Below, piece after piece: positions 38,462 through 47,875 of a stretch of DNA of 64,000 nt. Under the pieces are notes generated by a model. The model did no database searches and was not told the DNA's origin. It saw only the letters and a program-made list of their open reading frames with translations. The translations under genes and the position numbers were made by a program. The first letter of the stretch is position 1. Each line of letters opens with the position of its first letter. The DNA comes from Clostridia bacterium (GTDB taxonomy: Bacteria > Bacillota > Clostridia > Oscillospirales > CAG-272): the NCBI GenBank assembly GCA_017461745.1, contig JAFTXE010000105.1, positions 34,070 to 98,069 of the forward strand, read 5' to 3'.

Positions 38462-41080
38462 ATGGCAGAAAAGACGTACGGAATTGTAGACGGTGTAGAG
38501 GCGCTTGAGGCAAAGCTTGCTCAGGTAAGAGCTGCTCAGGCTGAATTTGCAACGTATACACAGGAACAGGTAGACAAAATTTTCTTTGCGGCAGCATCGG
38601 CGGCAAATAAGGCAAGAATATCTCTTGCTAAAATGGCAGTCGAAGAGACGGGTATGGGCGTAGTTGAGGATAAGGTTATCAAGAATCACTATGCTTCCGA
38701 ATACATCTACAACGCTTATAAGGATACCAAGACCTGCGGAGTAATCGAGGAGGACACATCCTACGGAATTAAGAAGATAGCTGAGCCTATCGGCGTAATT
38801 GCGGCGGTTATTCCCACAACCAACCCCACGTCCACGGCAATTTTCAAAACTCTTCTCGCGCTCAAGACGAGAAACGGAATTATCATCAGCCCTCACCCCA
38901 GAGCAAAGCTTTCCACCATAGCTGCGGCAAAGCTCGTGCTTGAAGCGGCAGTTGAGGCAGGCGCTCCCGAAGAAATTATCGGTTGGATAGACGTTCCTTC
39001 TCTTGAAATGACCAACACGGTCATGAAGGAAGCGGATATTATTCTCGCAACGGGTGGTCCGGGAATGGTTAAGGCGGCATACTCCAGCGGTAAGCCCGCA
39101 CTTGGCGTTGGCGCAGGTAACACCCCCGCTATTATCGACGAGTCCGCTGATATTCTTCTTGCTGTCAGCTCCATTATTCACTCCAAGACCTTTGATAACG
39201 GTATGATATGCGCATCTGAGCAGTCCGTTATCGTAATTGATAAGATATACAATAAGGTAAAGAAGGAATTCGCAACCAGAGGTTGTTATTTCCTTACTCA
39301 CGATGAGACCGAAAAGGTAAGAAAGACCATTATAATCAATGGCGCGCTTAACGCAAAAATCGTTGGTCAGAGCGCTTATAAGATTGCGGCTCTCGCAGGA
39401 GTTGAAGTTCCTGAAAAGACTAAGATACTTATAGGCGAGGTTGAGAGCGTTGAGCTTTCCGAGGAATTTGCTCACGAGAAGCTTTCTCCCGTTCTTGCCA
39501 TGTATAAGGCTAAGAGCTTTGAGGACGCTGTCGCAAAGGCAGAGGTTCTCGTTGCTGACGGCGGTTACGGACATACGTCCTCGCTCTATATCGACGAGGT
39601 CGCTAACAAGGAAAAGACCGCTTATTTTGCATCTCATATGAAGACCTGCCGTATTCTCGTTAATACTCCCTCCGCTCACGGCGGTATCGGTGACCTTTAT
39701 AACTTCAAGCTCGCTCCTTCGCTTACTCTTGGATGCGGCTCTTGGGGTGGTAACAGCGTATCCGAAAACGTAGGTGTAAAGCATTTGCTTAATATCAAAA
39801 CAGTAGCCGAGAGGAGAGAGAATATGCTTTGGTTCAGAGCGCCTGAAAAGGTTTATATAAAGAAGGGCTGCTTGCCCGTAGCTCTTGACGAGCTTAAGAA
39901 CGTTCTTGGCAAGAAGAAGGCGTTTATCGTAACCGATAGCTTCCTTTACAAGAACGGCTATACAAAGTGCATCACCGATAAGCTTGATTGCATGGGAATT
40001 ACTCATACCACGTTCTATAACGTCGCTCCCGACCCCTCTCTTGCAAGTGCTATGGAAGGCGCGGCTCAGATGAAGTCCTTCGAGCCCGACGTTATAATCG
40101 CGCTTGGCGGCGGTTCCGCAATGGACGCTGCAAAGATCATGTGGGTGCTTTATGAGCATCCCGAGGTAGACTTCATGGATATGGCTATGAGATTTATCGA
40201 TATCCGTAAGAGAGTTTACACATTCCCCAAGATGGGCGAAAAGGCATACTTCATCGCAATTCCTACCTCTGCGGGAACAGGCTCTGAGGTTACTCCTTTT
40301 GCGGTAATCACCGATGAAAAGACAGGTATTAAGTATCCTCTGGCTGACTATGAGCTCATGCCCGATATGGCAATAATCGATACCGACCTTCATATGTCAG
40401 CTCCCAAGGGTCTGACTGCCGCTTCGGGTATCGACGCGGTAACTCACGCGCTTGAAGCATACGCAGCTATGCTCGCTACCGATTACACCGACGGTCTTGC
40501 GCTCCGTTCTCTTAAGATGGTATTTGAATACCTTCCCAGAGCTTACGACAACGGTCAGACCGACGTTGAAGCAAGAGAGAAGATGGCTAACGCGGCAACC
40601 ATGGCAGGTATGGCATTCGCAAACGCATTCCTCGGCGTATGTCACTCCATGGCTCACAAGCTCGGTGCTTTCCACCATCTCCCCCACGGCGTAGCAAATG
40701 CGCTGATGATAGACGAGGTGCTTCGTTTCAATGCAAGCGAAGCTCCCGTAAAGATGGGTACTTTCTCTCAGTACGATCATCCTCACACTCTCGCAAGATA
40801 TGCGGAGGTTGCTGATTACCTTGGAATTAAGGGTAAGAACGACGAAGAAAAGCTCGAAAATCTTATCAAGGCTCTTGACGAGCTCAAGGCTCGCGTAGGC
40901 ATCAAGCCCACGATTAAGGATTACGTTCCCGATGAGGCAGACTTCCTTGCACGCCTTGACGATATGGTAGAGCAGGCGTTCGACGACCAGTGCACAGGCG
41001 CTAATCCCAGATATCCTCTTATGAGTGAGATCAAGCAGATGTATCTCAATGCGTACTACGGCACGCACACCGAAATATAA
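38462..41080 (+). CDS. adhE: bifunctional acetaldehyde-CoA / alcohol dehydrogenase
   Basis: 872 aa. An N-terminal aldehyde dehydrogenase domain and a C-terminal iron-containing ADH domain ([18 protein letters not shown]). Confidence 0.95.
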   Translation: MAEKTYGIVDGVEALEAKLAQVRAAQAEFATYTQEQVDKIFFAAASAANKARISLAKMAVEETGMGVVEDKVIKNHYASEYIYNAYKDTKTCGVIEEDTSYGIKKIAEPIGVIAAVIPTTNPTSTAIFKTLLALKTRNGIIISPHPRAKLSTIAAAKLVLEAAVEAGAPEEIIGWIDVPSLEMTNTVMKEADIILATGGPGMVKAAYSSGKPALGVGAGNTPAIIDESADILLAVSSIIHSKTFDNGMICASEQSVIVIDKIYNKVKKEFATRGCYFLTHDETEKVRKTIIINGALNAKIVGQSAYKIAALAGVEVPEKTKILIGEVESVELSEEFAHEKLSPVLAMYKAKSFEDAVAKAEVLVADGGYGHTSSLYIDEVANKEKTAYFASHMKTCRILVNTPSAHGGIGDLYNFKLAPSLTLGCGSWGGNSVSENVGVKHLLNIKTVAERRENMLWFRAPEKVYIKKGCLPVALDELKNVLGKKKAFIVTDSFLYKNGYTKCITDKLDCMGITHTTFYNVAPDPSLASAMEGAAQMKSFEPDVIIALGGGSAMDAAKIMWVLYEHPEVDFMDMAMRFIDIRKRVYTFPKMGEKAYFIAIPTSAGTGSEVTPFAVITDEKTGIKYPLADYELMPDMAIIDTDLHMSAPKGLTAASGIDAVTHALEAYAAMLATDYTDGLALRSLKMVFEYLPRAYDNGQTDVEAREKMANAATMAGMAFANAFLGVCHSMAHKLGAFHHLPHGVANALMIDEVLRFNASEAPVKMGTFSQYDHPHTLARYAEVADYLGIKGKNDEEKLENLIKALDELKARVGIKPTIKDYVPDEADFLARLDDMVEQAFDDQCTGANPRYPLMSEIKQMYLNAYYGTHTEI

Positions 41081-41096
41081 TTTTGGGAGGCAAAAT

Positions 41097-41846
41097 ATGA
41101 AACTTGATAATATCGTAGCAGTAAGAGACACGAAGACTATTTACCGTGAAGGCGATAAGACTGTAAAGGTGTTTGACGCTGACTATTCCAAAGCAGACGT
41201 ACTTAACGAAGCTCTTAACCAGTCCAGAGTTGAGGAAACAGGTCTCAATATCCCCAAGGTTCTTGAGGTTACAAAGGTTGACGGCAAGTGGGCAATAATT
41301 TCCGAATACATTACGGGCTGCACACTCGCTGAGCTTATGGAAAAGAATCCCGACAAAAAGGACGAATATCTTGAAATGTTCGTAGAGCTTCAGATGAAGG
41401 TCCACGACAAGAAATGTCCCATGCTCAATAAGCTTAAGGACAAAATGAATCGCAAGATTTCTCAGGCTGATATCGGCGAGCATATAAGATATGAGCTTCA
41501 CACCAGACTTGAGTCCATGCCTAAGCATACCAAGGTCTGCCACGGTGACTTTAACCCTACCAATATAGTTGTTACCGAAAGCGGTATTCCTTATATCATC
41601 GACTGGGCTCACGCAACTCAGGGTAACGCATCCGCTGACGTTGCAAGAACGTACCTTCTGTTCTGCCTTGACGGAGATAAGGCGTTTGCTGATAAATACC
41701 TCGATATGTTCTGTGATAAGAGCAAAACGGAGAAGAAGTACGTTCAGAAATGGCTTCCCATCGTTGCCGCATCTCAGTCTGTTAAGGGTAAGCCCGAGGA
41801 GAGAGATTTCCTCCACAGTTGGATAGACGTTGTTGATTACGAATAA
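41097..41846 (+). CDS. APH/choline-kinase-fold phosphotransferase family protein
   Basis: Catalytic-loop VCHGDFNPTNIVV (HxDxxxxN) and IIDWAHATQGNASADVA (DxD-equivalent) motifs. ATG at 41097 after GGGAGG, 16 nt after the adhE stop. The track start at 41025 overlaps adhE and was rejected. Confidence 0.7.
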   Translation: MKLDNIVAVRDTKTIYREGDKTVKVFDADYSKADVLNEALNQSRVEETGLNIPKVLEVTKVDGKWAIISEYITGCTLAELMEKNPDKKDEYLEMFVELQMKVHDKKCPMLNKLKDKMNRKISQADIGEHIRYELHTRLESMPKHTKVCHGDFNPTNIVVTESGIPYIIDWAHATQGNASADVARTYLLFCLDGDKAFADKYLDMFCDKSKTEKKYVQKWLPIVAASQSVKGKPEERDFLHSWIDVVDYE

Positions 41847-41875
41847 TCGACAAAATAATTTTTAAAAATTATGCA

Positions 41876-41910
41876 AAATGCCGTATTTGAAAAAATACGG
41901 CATTTTTGTA
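41876..41910 (+). terminator. rho-independent terminator
   Basis: AAATGCCGTATTT / AAATACGGCATTT 13-bp stem followed by TTGTATT. Confidence 0.8.
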
Positions 41911-41944
41911 TTGACAAAATAATTGAATGAGAGTATAATAACCG

Positions 41945-42205
41945 TATAGAAACCTATGATTAAGAAGAGTAGTTGCCGTGTATTAATTACAGAGAGCCGC
42001 CGTTGGTGTAAGTGCGGTATTAAAGCGACAGCGAATGGACTTATGAGGGCGGTCGAAAGCGTTTTTTATGTAAGTAGTAGCCGACGGAGCGAACCCGTTA
42101 CAGTTCGGAGTTGCTGAAGGGCAACGCAGAGTGGACGCGCAAGCGTCAATCACGGGTGGCACCGCAGGATTTCCTGTCCCTGAGCGAAGGGGCAGTTTTT
42201 TGTTT
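41945..42205 (+). promoter_or_regulatory. T-box leader, specifier UGG (Trp)
   Basis: Promoter TTGACA (41911-41916), 17 nt, TATAAT (41934-41939). AGAGAG box at 41991-41996. Specifier-loop GAA-TGG-A with TGG at 42036-42038. T-box AATCACGGGTGGCACCGCAGG at about 42148-42168. Terminator CTGTCCCT/AGGGGCAG followed by TTTTTTGTTTT. Confidence 0.88.
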
Positions 42206-42305
42206 TCTCGGAGGAATTATGTTTATATTGGCAAGACGATGGCGAATTTACGCTATAACTGAAATATAAAATTATCAAACTTTAATATTTAGGAGAGATT
42301 ATATT

Positions 42306-43526
42306 ATGAAATTTAATAACGTTGATTTTGATACTTATTTTAATAATTATCCCGATAAAAACGGATACTTCGGTAAATACGGCGGAGTTTACGTTGACGA
42401 TAAGCTTAAGGCGGCAATGGCTGAGATAACGGAGGCTTATTATTCGATATGTCAGTCAAGAAAATTTATTGCTGAGCTCAGAAGAATAAGAAAGGAATTT
42501 CAGGGAAGACCTACTCCTGTAACTCACCTTGAAAGACTTTCGGATGCTCTCGGCGGCAAGGTTCAGCTTTACGCAAAGCGCGAGGATTTGAACCATTCTG
42601 GCGCGCATAAGCTAAATCACTGCATGGGTGAGGCACTTTTGGCAAAATATATGGGTAAAAAGAAGGTTATTGCGGAAACGGGTGCGGGACAGCACGGTGT
42701 TGCTTTGGCTACCGCGGCGGCATACTTCGGACTTGAGTGCGATATATATATGGGCTCGGTAGATATCAAGAAGCAAGCGCCAAACGTTGCTCGTATGAAA
42801 ATACTCGGCGCAAACGTCGTAGAAGTAACTCACGGACTCCAGACCTTAAAGGAAGCCGTTGACGCGGCGTTTGACGCATACAGCAAGGAATATAAGGATT
42901 CTATATACTGCATCGGTTCGGTTCTCGGACCTCATCCTTTTCCCATGATGGTTCGTGATTTCCAGAGCGTCGTCGGTATCGAAGCAAGAGAACAGTTTGT
43001 GGAAATGACGGGACATCTGCCAAGCGCAATAGTTGCGTGCGTTGGAGGCGGTTCAAACGCAGCGGGACTTTTTGCAGGCTTCCTCAACGATAACGTTGAT
43101 ATATACGGTATAGAACCTCTTGGAAGAGGACCAAAGCTTGGAGACCATGCCGCAAGCCTTAAGTACGGCACGGAAGGAATCATGCACGGATTTAACAGTA
43201 TAATGCTTAAGGATGAAAACGGAGAGCCTGCTCCCGTGTATTCCGTAGCAAGCGGGCTTGATTATCCGTCTTCAGGTCCTGAACACGCTTTTCTACAGGA
43301 AATAGGCAGAGTAAAGTATGATGTTATCGACGATGAGGAAACTATAGACGCATTCTATAAGCTTTCTCGCCTTGAGGGAATAATTCCCGCAATTGAAAGC
43401 TCCCATGCGGTAGCATTCGGCATGAAGTTGGCAAAAACTATGGATCACGGCTCTATTCTTATAAACCTTTCGGGAAGAGGTGATAAGGATATGGATTACG
43501 TTATCGAAAAATACGGTATCAGATAA
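42306..43526 (+). CDS. trpB: tryptophan synthase beta chain-like PLP enzyme (stand-alone)
   Basis: 406 aa. [14 protein letters not shown]-lysine motif [19 protein letters not shown]. No trpA or other trp genes are in the window. Confidence 0.85.
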   Translation: MKFNNVDFDTYFNNYPDKNGYFGKYGGVYVDDKLKAAMAEITEAYYSICQSRKFIAELRRIRKEFQGRPTPVTHLERLSDALGGKVQLYAKREDLNHSGAHKLNHCMGEALLAKYMGKKKVIAETGAGQHGVALATAAAYFGLECDIYMGSVDIKKQAPNVARMKILGANVVEVTHGLQTLKEAVDAAFDAYSKEYKDSIYCIGSVLGPHPFPMMVRDFQSVVGIEAREQFVEMTGHLPSAIVACVGGGSNAAGLFAGFLNDNVDIYGIEPLGRGPKLGDHAASLKYGTEGIMHGFNSIMLKDENGEPAPVYSVASGLDYPSSGPEHAFLQEIGRVKYDVIDDEETIDAFYKLSRLEGIIPAIESSHAVAFGMKLAKTMDHGSILINLSGRGDKDMDYVIEKYGIR

Positions 43527-43535
43527 TTTTATAAA

Positions 43536-43573
43536 TTTCAGGGTGTTAATTATTTAGCACCCTGAAAATTTTG
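43536..43573 (+). terminator. hairpin terminator after trpB
   Basis: TTTCAGGGTG / CACCCTGAAA stem followed by ATTTT. Confidence 0.55.
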
Positions 43574-43583
43574 GAGGAAATAA

Positions 43584-44270
43584 GTGGAGTACCAAAATAT
43601 TGAGACTTGGCTTTTTGAGTTGCAGGATATAAGATATAGAGATTTTCAGAGCGCTCTTATGCCTACGGTCGATAAGGATAAAATAATTGGCGTAAGAGTG
43701 CCCGAATTGCGAAAAATAGCAACGATAATATGGCGTGAAGATAAAGGATATGATTTTATGAGCGCCGTGCCACATAAATATTACGAAGAAAATAATATTC
43801 ATGCGTATTTGATAAATAAAACTTCCGATTATCAAGTATGTGTGAGTGCGCTTGAAAGCTTTTTGCCTTACGTTGATAATTGGGCCACATGTGATTCTAT
43901 TTCTCCCAAAATATTCAAAAACCATACGGAAGAATTACTTAACGAAATAAAAGGCTGGATAACTTCCGAGCATACGTATACCGTTCGCTTTGCAATAAAA
44001 ATGCTTATGGATTTTTATTCAAAGGATAACTTCAAGGAAGAATATCTTGAAATAGTAGCTTCAGTAAAATCCGATGAATATTATGTAAAAATGATGATAG
44101 CTTGGTATTTTGCAACCGAGCTTGCTTATAATTACGATAGTGCGGTAAAGTATTTACGGGATAGAAGACTTGAAAAGTGGACTCATAATAAAACTATTCA
44201 AAAGGCGGTTGAAAGCTATAGAATTACTGATGAGCATAAGAAATATTTGAAAAAACTACGCTGGGTTTGA
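43584..44270 (+). CDS. DNA alkylation repair protein (AlkD-like HEAT-repeat family)
   Basis: 228 aa. LQDIRYRDFQSALMPTVDKDKIIGVRVPELRKIA resembles the family N-terminus. GTG start 5 nt after GGAGGA. Confidence 0.7.
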   Translation: MEYQNIETWLFELQDIRYRDFQSALMPTVDKDKIIGVRVPELRKIATIIWREDKGYDFMSAVPHKYYEENNIHAYLINKTSDYQVCVSALESFLPYVDNWATCDSISPKIFKNHTEELLNEIKGWITSEHTYTVRFAIKMLMDFYSKDNFKEEYLEIVASVKSDEYYVKMMIAWYFATELAYNYDSAVKYLRDRRLEKWTHNKTIQKAVESYRITDEHKKYLKKLRWV

Positions 44271-44349
44271 AAAACTAACTTTTTGATGAAAAATGTCAAT
44301 TACCGTACGTTTTGGGGTTGACATTTTTTTCTTTGCGGTGTATAATATT

Positions 44350-44545
44350 GAGGTATATCAGGGGCGCACTCAGTGCTTAATAAGGAATTCGGTGAAAAAC
44401 CGAAACGAGCGTGTCGCCGTAAGCGAAAGAAAAATACAAAAAAACGAGATCGCCGCAGATTTCGTTATCCATTGAGCATAGGCTTGAGAAGGTTTTTTGT
44501 ATAGTTGCAACAGCACTTTTTCGCAAGTCGGAAGACTTACCCCGT
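44350..44545 (+). promoter_or_regulatory. cobalamin riboswitch
   Basis: Promoter TTGACA (44318-44323), 17 nt, TGTATAAT (TATAAT at 44341-44346). Core AATAAGGAATTCGGTGAAAAACCGAA. GCCGCAG in place of GCCACTG. B12 box AAGTCGGAAGACTTACC (44525-44541) matches rAGyCmGgAgaCCkGCc. Confidence 0.75.
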
Positions 44546-44628
44546 AAGCTTTTTTCGTCGCACGTACCGACGCATTTTTGCAAAAGAGCTTGATATGCAA
44601 AAATATTTTAAAATCAAGGAGAAACAAA

Positions 44629-45087
44629 ATGAACAGAACAATGAAAAAAATTTCAATTCTGTCACTTGTACTCGTGATTGCGCTTATTGCGGCTATGGCG
44701 CTATCTCTTGTATCGTGTGACAAAGAAACCGTAGCGGAAACACAAGATGCAAATACCGTTTCAGACGCAGCAGAAGAAACGGTAGTAGGAACGGGAGACA
44801 CAAGCTTTAATTTTAAGGCAAAGCTTAAGGATGGAACGGTAAAAAGTTATATCGTTAAAACGGATAAAACTACCGTTGGCGACGCGCTTGTTGAAGTAGG
44901 TTTGATTTCGGGAAGCAACGATCAATACGGCTTGATGGTAGATACCGTTTGCGGTGAAACGCTGATTTATGAAAATGATAAAATGTATTGGGCGTTTTAT
45001 CGAGACGGAAAATACGCCAATGCAGGTGTTGATAGTACGGAAATAGATACAAATGTCGTTTATTCCTTTGAAGCAACGCCGGCTTAA
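44629..45087 (+). CDS. lipoprotein, DUF4430-like (transcobalamin-like fold suspected)
   Basis: Signal peptide plus lipobox MKKISILSLVLVIALIAAMALSLVSC. SD AAGGAGAAA. Downstream of the B12 riboswitch. The family call comes from memory of B12-regulon context, not from a search. Confidence 0.6.
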   Translation: MNRTMKKISILSLVLVIALIAAMALSLVSCDKETVAETQDANTVSDAAEETVVGTGDTSFNFKAKLKDGTVKSYIVKTDKTTVGDALVEVGLISGSNDQYGLMVDTVCGETLIYENDKMYWAFYRDGKYANAGVDSTEIDTNVVYSFEATPA

Positions 45088-45106
45088 GCGCAACAGAGCC
45101 TTGGCA

Positions 45107-45667
45107 ATGTCCGAGCGTATTCGTAAAATGGTAGTATTCGCAATGCTTGGCACACTGATGTTCGTATCCAAGATAGTCATGGAGTTTTTGCCAAATATCC
45201 ATTTGCTTGGCGCACTGACTATGATATATACGATCGTATATCGCAAGCAAGCGCTTATTCCAATATACGTATATGTATTTTTGAACGGACTATACTCAGG
45301 CTTTAATTTGTGGTGGGTTCCATATTGTTATGTGTGGACGGTGCTATGGGCAATAACTATGCTTTTGCCAAAAAAGATGTCTGTCAAAATTGCAATCCCC
45401 GTGTATATGATACTCTGCGGTTTTCACGGACTTATATTTGGGGCTCTTTACGCTCCATTTCAGGCTCTTGCTTTTGGATTGGATTTCAATGGGATGCTAC
45501 TGTGGATAATTTCCGGATTTCCTTTTGACGTCTTGCATGCTTTTGGCAATCTCGTTGCAGGCATACTTATAGTGCCGCTTTCGAAGGTTTTAGACAAATT
45601 AGAGAGAAAATATTCGCACAATCCGCCATTGTTCAAAAATGACAAAGAGAATTTGCAAAAAGTTTAA
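45107..45667 (+). CDS. S-component-like integral membrane protein (candidate corrinoid uptake)
   Basis: ~186 aa with 5-6 TM segments. Same transcription unit as the riboswitch-controlled lipoprotein. The ATG at 45107 was chosen because the track start at 45053 overlaps the upstream gene. Confidence 0.6.
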   Translation: MSERIRKMVVFAMLGTLMFVSKIVMEFLPNIHLLGALTMIYTIVYRKQALIPIYVYVFLNGLYSGFNLWWVPYCYVWTVLWAITMLLPKKMSVKIAIPVYMILCGFHGLIFGALYAPFQALAFGLDFNGMLLWIISGFPFDVLHAFGNLVAGILIVPLSKVLDKLERKYSHNPPLFKNDKENLQKV

Positions 45668-45758
45668 AATTTTTACTGTCGATTAAAGACATTTTTTGTT
45701 GACTTTACGTCCGCTATATGTTATAATAAATATGTAAAGGGCTGATAGCCTTTGCTTG

Positions 45759-45877
45759 ACTTTTCGTAACCGGCGGATTGAGTAGAATTAACTACATTGG
45801 GAGCGGAAAGTAATATAAGCCGACCGTCTGGGCAGTCCTTTCCTTTGAGGGGGAGGACTGCCCGTATTTATTTTTTT
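45759..45877 (+). promoter_or_regulatory. ZTP (pfl-motif) riboswitch with overlapping intrinsic terminator
   Basis: Promoter TTGACT (45699-45704), 17 nt, TATAAT (45722-45727). P1 ACTTTTCG/CGGAAAGT. Conserved CCGGCGGATT...GGGAGCGG and 3' CCGACCGTCTGGGCA (45820-45834). Terminator GGGCAGTCCT/AGGACTGCCC (45830-45863) shares the GGGCA pseudoknot residues and is followed by a T-tract. Confidence 0.8.
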
Positions 45878-45891
45878 GGAGGTGTATTTCT

Positions 45892-46386
45892 ATGAAAAAA
45901 GTCGGAATTATTATGGGTAGTGATAGCGATCTGCCCGTCGTTCAAAAGGGAATTGAAAAGCTTAAGGAGTACGGCGTGCCTTATGAGGTACACGTTTATT
46001 CGGCGCACAGAACGCCCGTAGAAGCAAAAGAATTTTCCGCAAACGCCAGAGCAAACGGTTTTGGCGCTATAATTGCCGCAGCAGGAATGGCAGCTCATCT
46101 TGCAGGCGCTATTGCTGCAAACACAACACTTCCTGTTATCGGAATACCTGTAAAATCTAAAAATTTTGACGGCATGGACGCGCTTTTGTCAACGGTACAG
46201 ATGCCCTCGGGAATTCCCGTAGCAACCGTTGCGGTTGATGGCGCTGTCAATGCCGCTTTGTTGGCTATAGAAATTCTTTCTGTTACGGACGATGCCTTGG
46301 CAGAAAAGCTTGACGCGGCAAGAGCAGATGGTGCAAAAGCCGTTTTGGCAAAGAACGCCGATATAGAAGCTAAGTTTAACGTTTAA
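45892..46386 (+). CDS. purE: N5-carboxyaminoimidazole ribonucleotide mutase
   Basis: 164 aa. [13 protein letters not shown] and AGMAAHLAG motifs. Confidence 0.93.
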   Translation: MKKVGIIMGSDSDLPVVQKGIEKLKEYGVPYEVHVYSAHRTPVEAKEFSANARANGFGAIIAAAGMAAHLAGAIAANTTLPVIGIPVKSKNFDGMDALLSTVQMPSGIPVATVAVDGAVNAALLAIEILSVTDDALAEKLDAARADGAKAVLAKNADIEAKFNV

Positions 46387-46414
46387 TTATCAATAATATA
46401 GGTACGGAGGTCTT

Positions 46415-47845
46415 ATGGGAGGCTTTTTTGGTGTCGTAAGTAAACACGATGCAATATCGGACGTCTTCTTTGGTACGGACTATCATTCACATCTCGGAAC
46501 TAAAAGAGGTGGAATGGCAGCGTACGATTCGGAAATCGGGCTTCAGCGCGATATTCACAATATTGAAAATTCACCGTTCAGAACCAAATTCAGTGATATT
46601 TTTTCTGAAATGAAGGGAACGGCGGCAATAGGATGCATAAGCGATACACATCCGCAACCGCTTCTTATCCGTTCACGCATCGGAACTTACGCTATATGTA
46701 CTATAGGTTATATAAGAAATTCCGAGGAGCTTATCGATAAATATGAATTGACAGCTGGCGGTCATTTCGGAGTTATGACGGGCGGAAACGTTAACTCAAT
46801 TGAATTGGTTGCTTCACTTATCAACAAAAAAGATACCTTTTGCGAGGGAATAAAGTTTGCGCAGGAGGTTATCGAAGGAACTGTCGCAATATTATTGCTT
46901 AATAACGATGGAACGCTTATAGCAGCAAGAGACAAATTCGGAAGATTGCCGCTTATCGTTGGTAAAAATGATGACGGGTATAGCGTTTCGTTTGAATCGT
47001 TTGCTTTTGAAAAGCTCGGATATCAAAAGGTCAAGGAGCTTGGACCTGGAGAAATCGTTCATATTACCGCGGACGGAATGACACAGCTTTCTCCGCCTCG
47101 GGATGAAATGAGGATATGCGCATTTTTGTGGACCTATTATGGATATTCAACCTCGACTTATGAAGGTGTAAACGTTGAGATGATGCGTTATAAAAACGGT
47201 CAGATACTCGCGCAGAACGATAAAAAAATGGGTGTGGCGCAGGATATAGATTATGTATGCGGAATGCCTGACTCGGGAACTCCTCATGCAATCGGATACG
47301 CAAATGAAAGCGACGCTGATTTTGCAAGAGCGTTTATTAAGTATACACCTACTTGGATGCGTAGCTTTACTCCTTCGGTACAATCCGAACGAAAAAAGAT
47401 TGCAAAAATGAAACAGGTTGCCGTTAAGGAGCTGATACAGGATAAAAGCTTGCTTATAGTAGATGATTCTATAGTAAGAGGCACACAGCTTCAAGGAACG
47501 ATGGATATGCTTCATGAAAACGGCGCAAAGGCGGTTCATATGCGTTCTGCGTCACCACCTATAATGTACCGTTGCAAATATCTTAATTTTTCAACCGCAA
47601 AAAGCGACCTTGAGCTTATAACGAGACGCACGATTCTTGAGCTTGAAGGAGAGGAAGGCTTTGAACACATAGATGAATATAGCTCTCCCGATACCGAGAG
47701 GGGAAAAAAGATGCGTCAGACTATAGCTGCTCAATTTGGCTTTGACTCCCTTGAATTTCAATCGCTTGAGGGAACTATAAAAGCTATAGGACTTGATCCG
47801 TGCAAGCTTTGCACATACTGTTGGAACGGAAAAGAAAATAATTAA
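46415..47845 (+). CDS. purF: amidophosphoribosyltransferase homolog lacking the N-terminal nucleophile cysteine
   Basis: 476 aa. PRPP motif LLIVDDSIVRGTQ and Fe-S type Cys ligands (CAFLW..., CKLCTYC) are present. The N-terminus is MGGFFGV where canonical PurF has (M)CG[IV]xG. SD GGAGG lies 5 nt upstream, and in-frame stops lie just before it. Confidence 0.82.
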   Translation: MGGFFGVVSKHDAISDVFFGTDYHSHLGTKRGGMAAYDSEIGLQRDIHNIENSPFRTKFSDIFSEMKGTAAIGCISDTHPQPLLIRSRIGTYAICTIGYIRNSEELIDKYELTAGGHFGVMTGGNVNSIELVASLINKKDTFCEGIKFAQEVIEGTVAILLLNNDGTLIAARDKFGRLPLIVGKNDDGYSVSFESFAFEKLGYQKVKELGPGEIVHITADGMTQLSPPRDEMRICAFLWTYYGYSTSTYEGVNVEMMRYKNGQILAQNDKKMGVAQDIDYVCGMPDSGTPHAIGYANESDADFARAFIKYTPTWMRSFTPSVQSERKKIAKMKQVAVKELIQDKSLLIVDDSIVRGTQLQGTMDMLHENGAKAVHMRSASPPIMYRCKYLNFSTAKSDLELITRRTILELEGEEGFEHIDEYSSPDTERGKKMRQTIAAQFGFDSLEFQSLEGTIKAIGLDPCKLCTYCWNGKENN

Positions 47846-47875
47846 TACAAATATATTTTGAAAGGATTTTTAGAA

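Noticed and set aside
38444-40393. 649-aa minus-strand ORF (and 40397-41131) antisense to adhE
   Set aside because: It is a shadow ORF opposite a complete AdhE. No motifs and no SD.
42219-42269. 16-codon sORF (MFILARRWRIYAITEI, one Trp codon) between the Trp T-box terminator and trpB
   Set aside because: It is tempting as a leader peptide. However, the GGAGGA-to-ATG spacing is only 3-4 nt, there is a single Trp codon, there is no associated attenuator structure, and the T-box already explains regulation.
44536-44579. Two small hairpins with T-tracts (CTTAC/GTAAG and CGTCG/CGACG) as the B12 riboswitch expression platform
   Set aside because: The stems are only 5 bp. I cannot decide between transcriptional and translational control from sequence alone.
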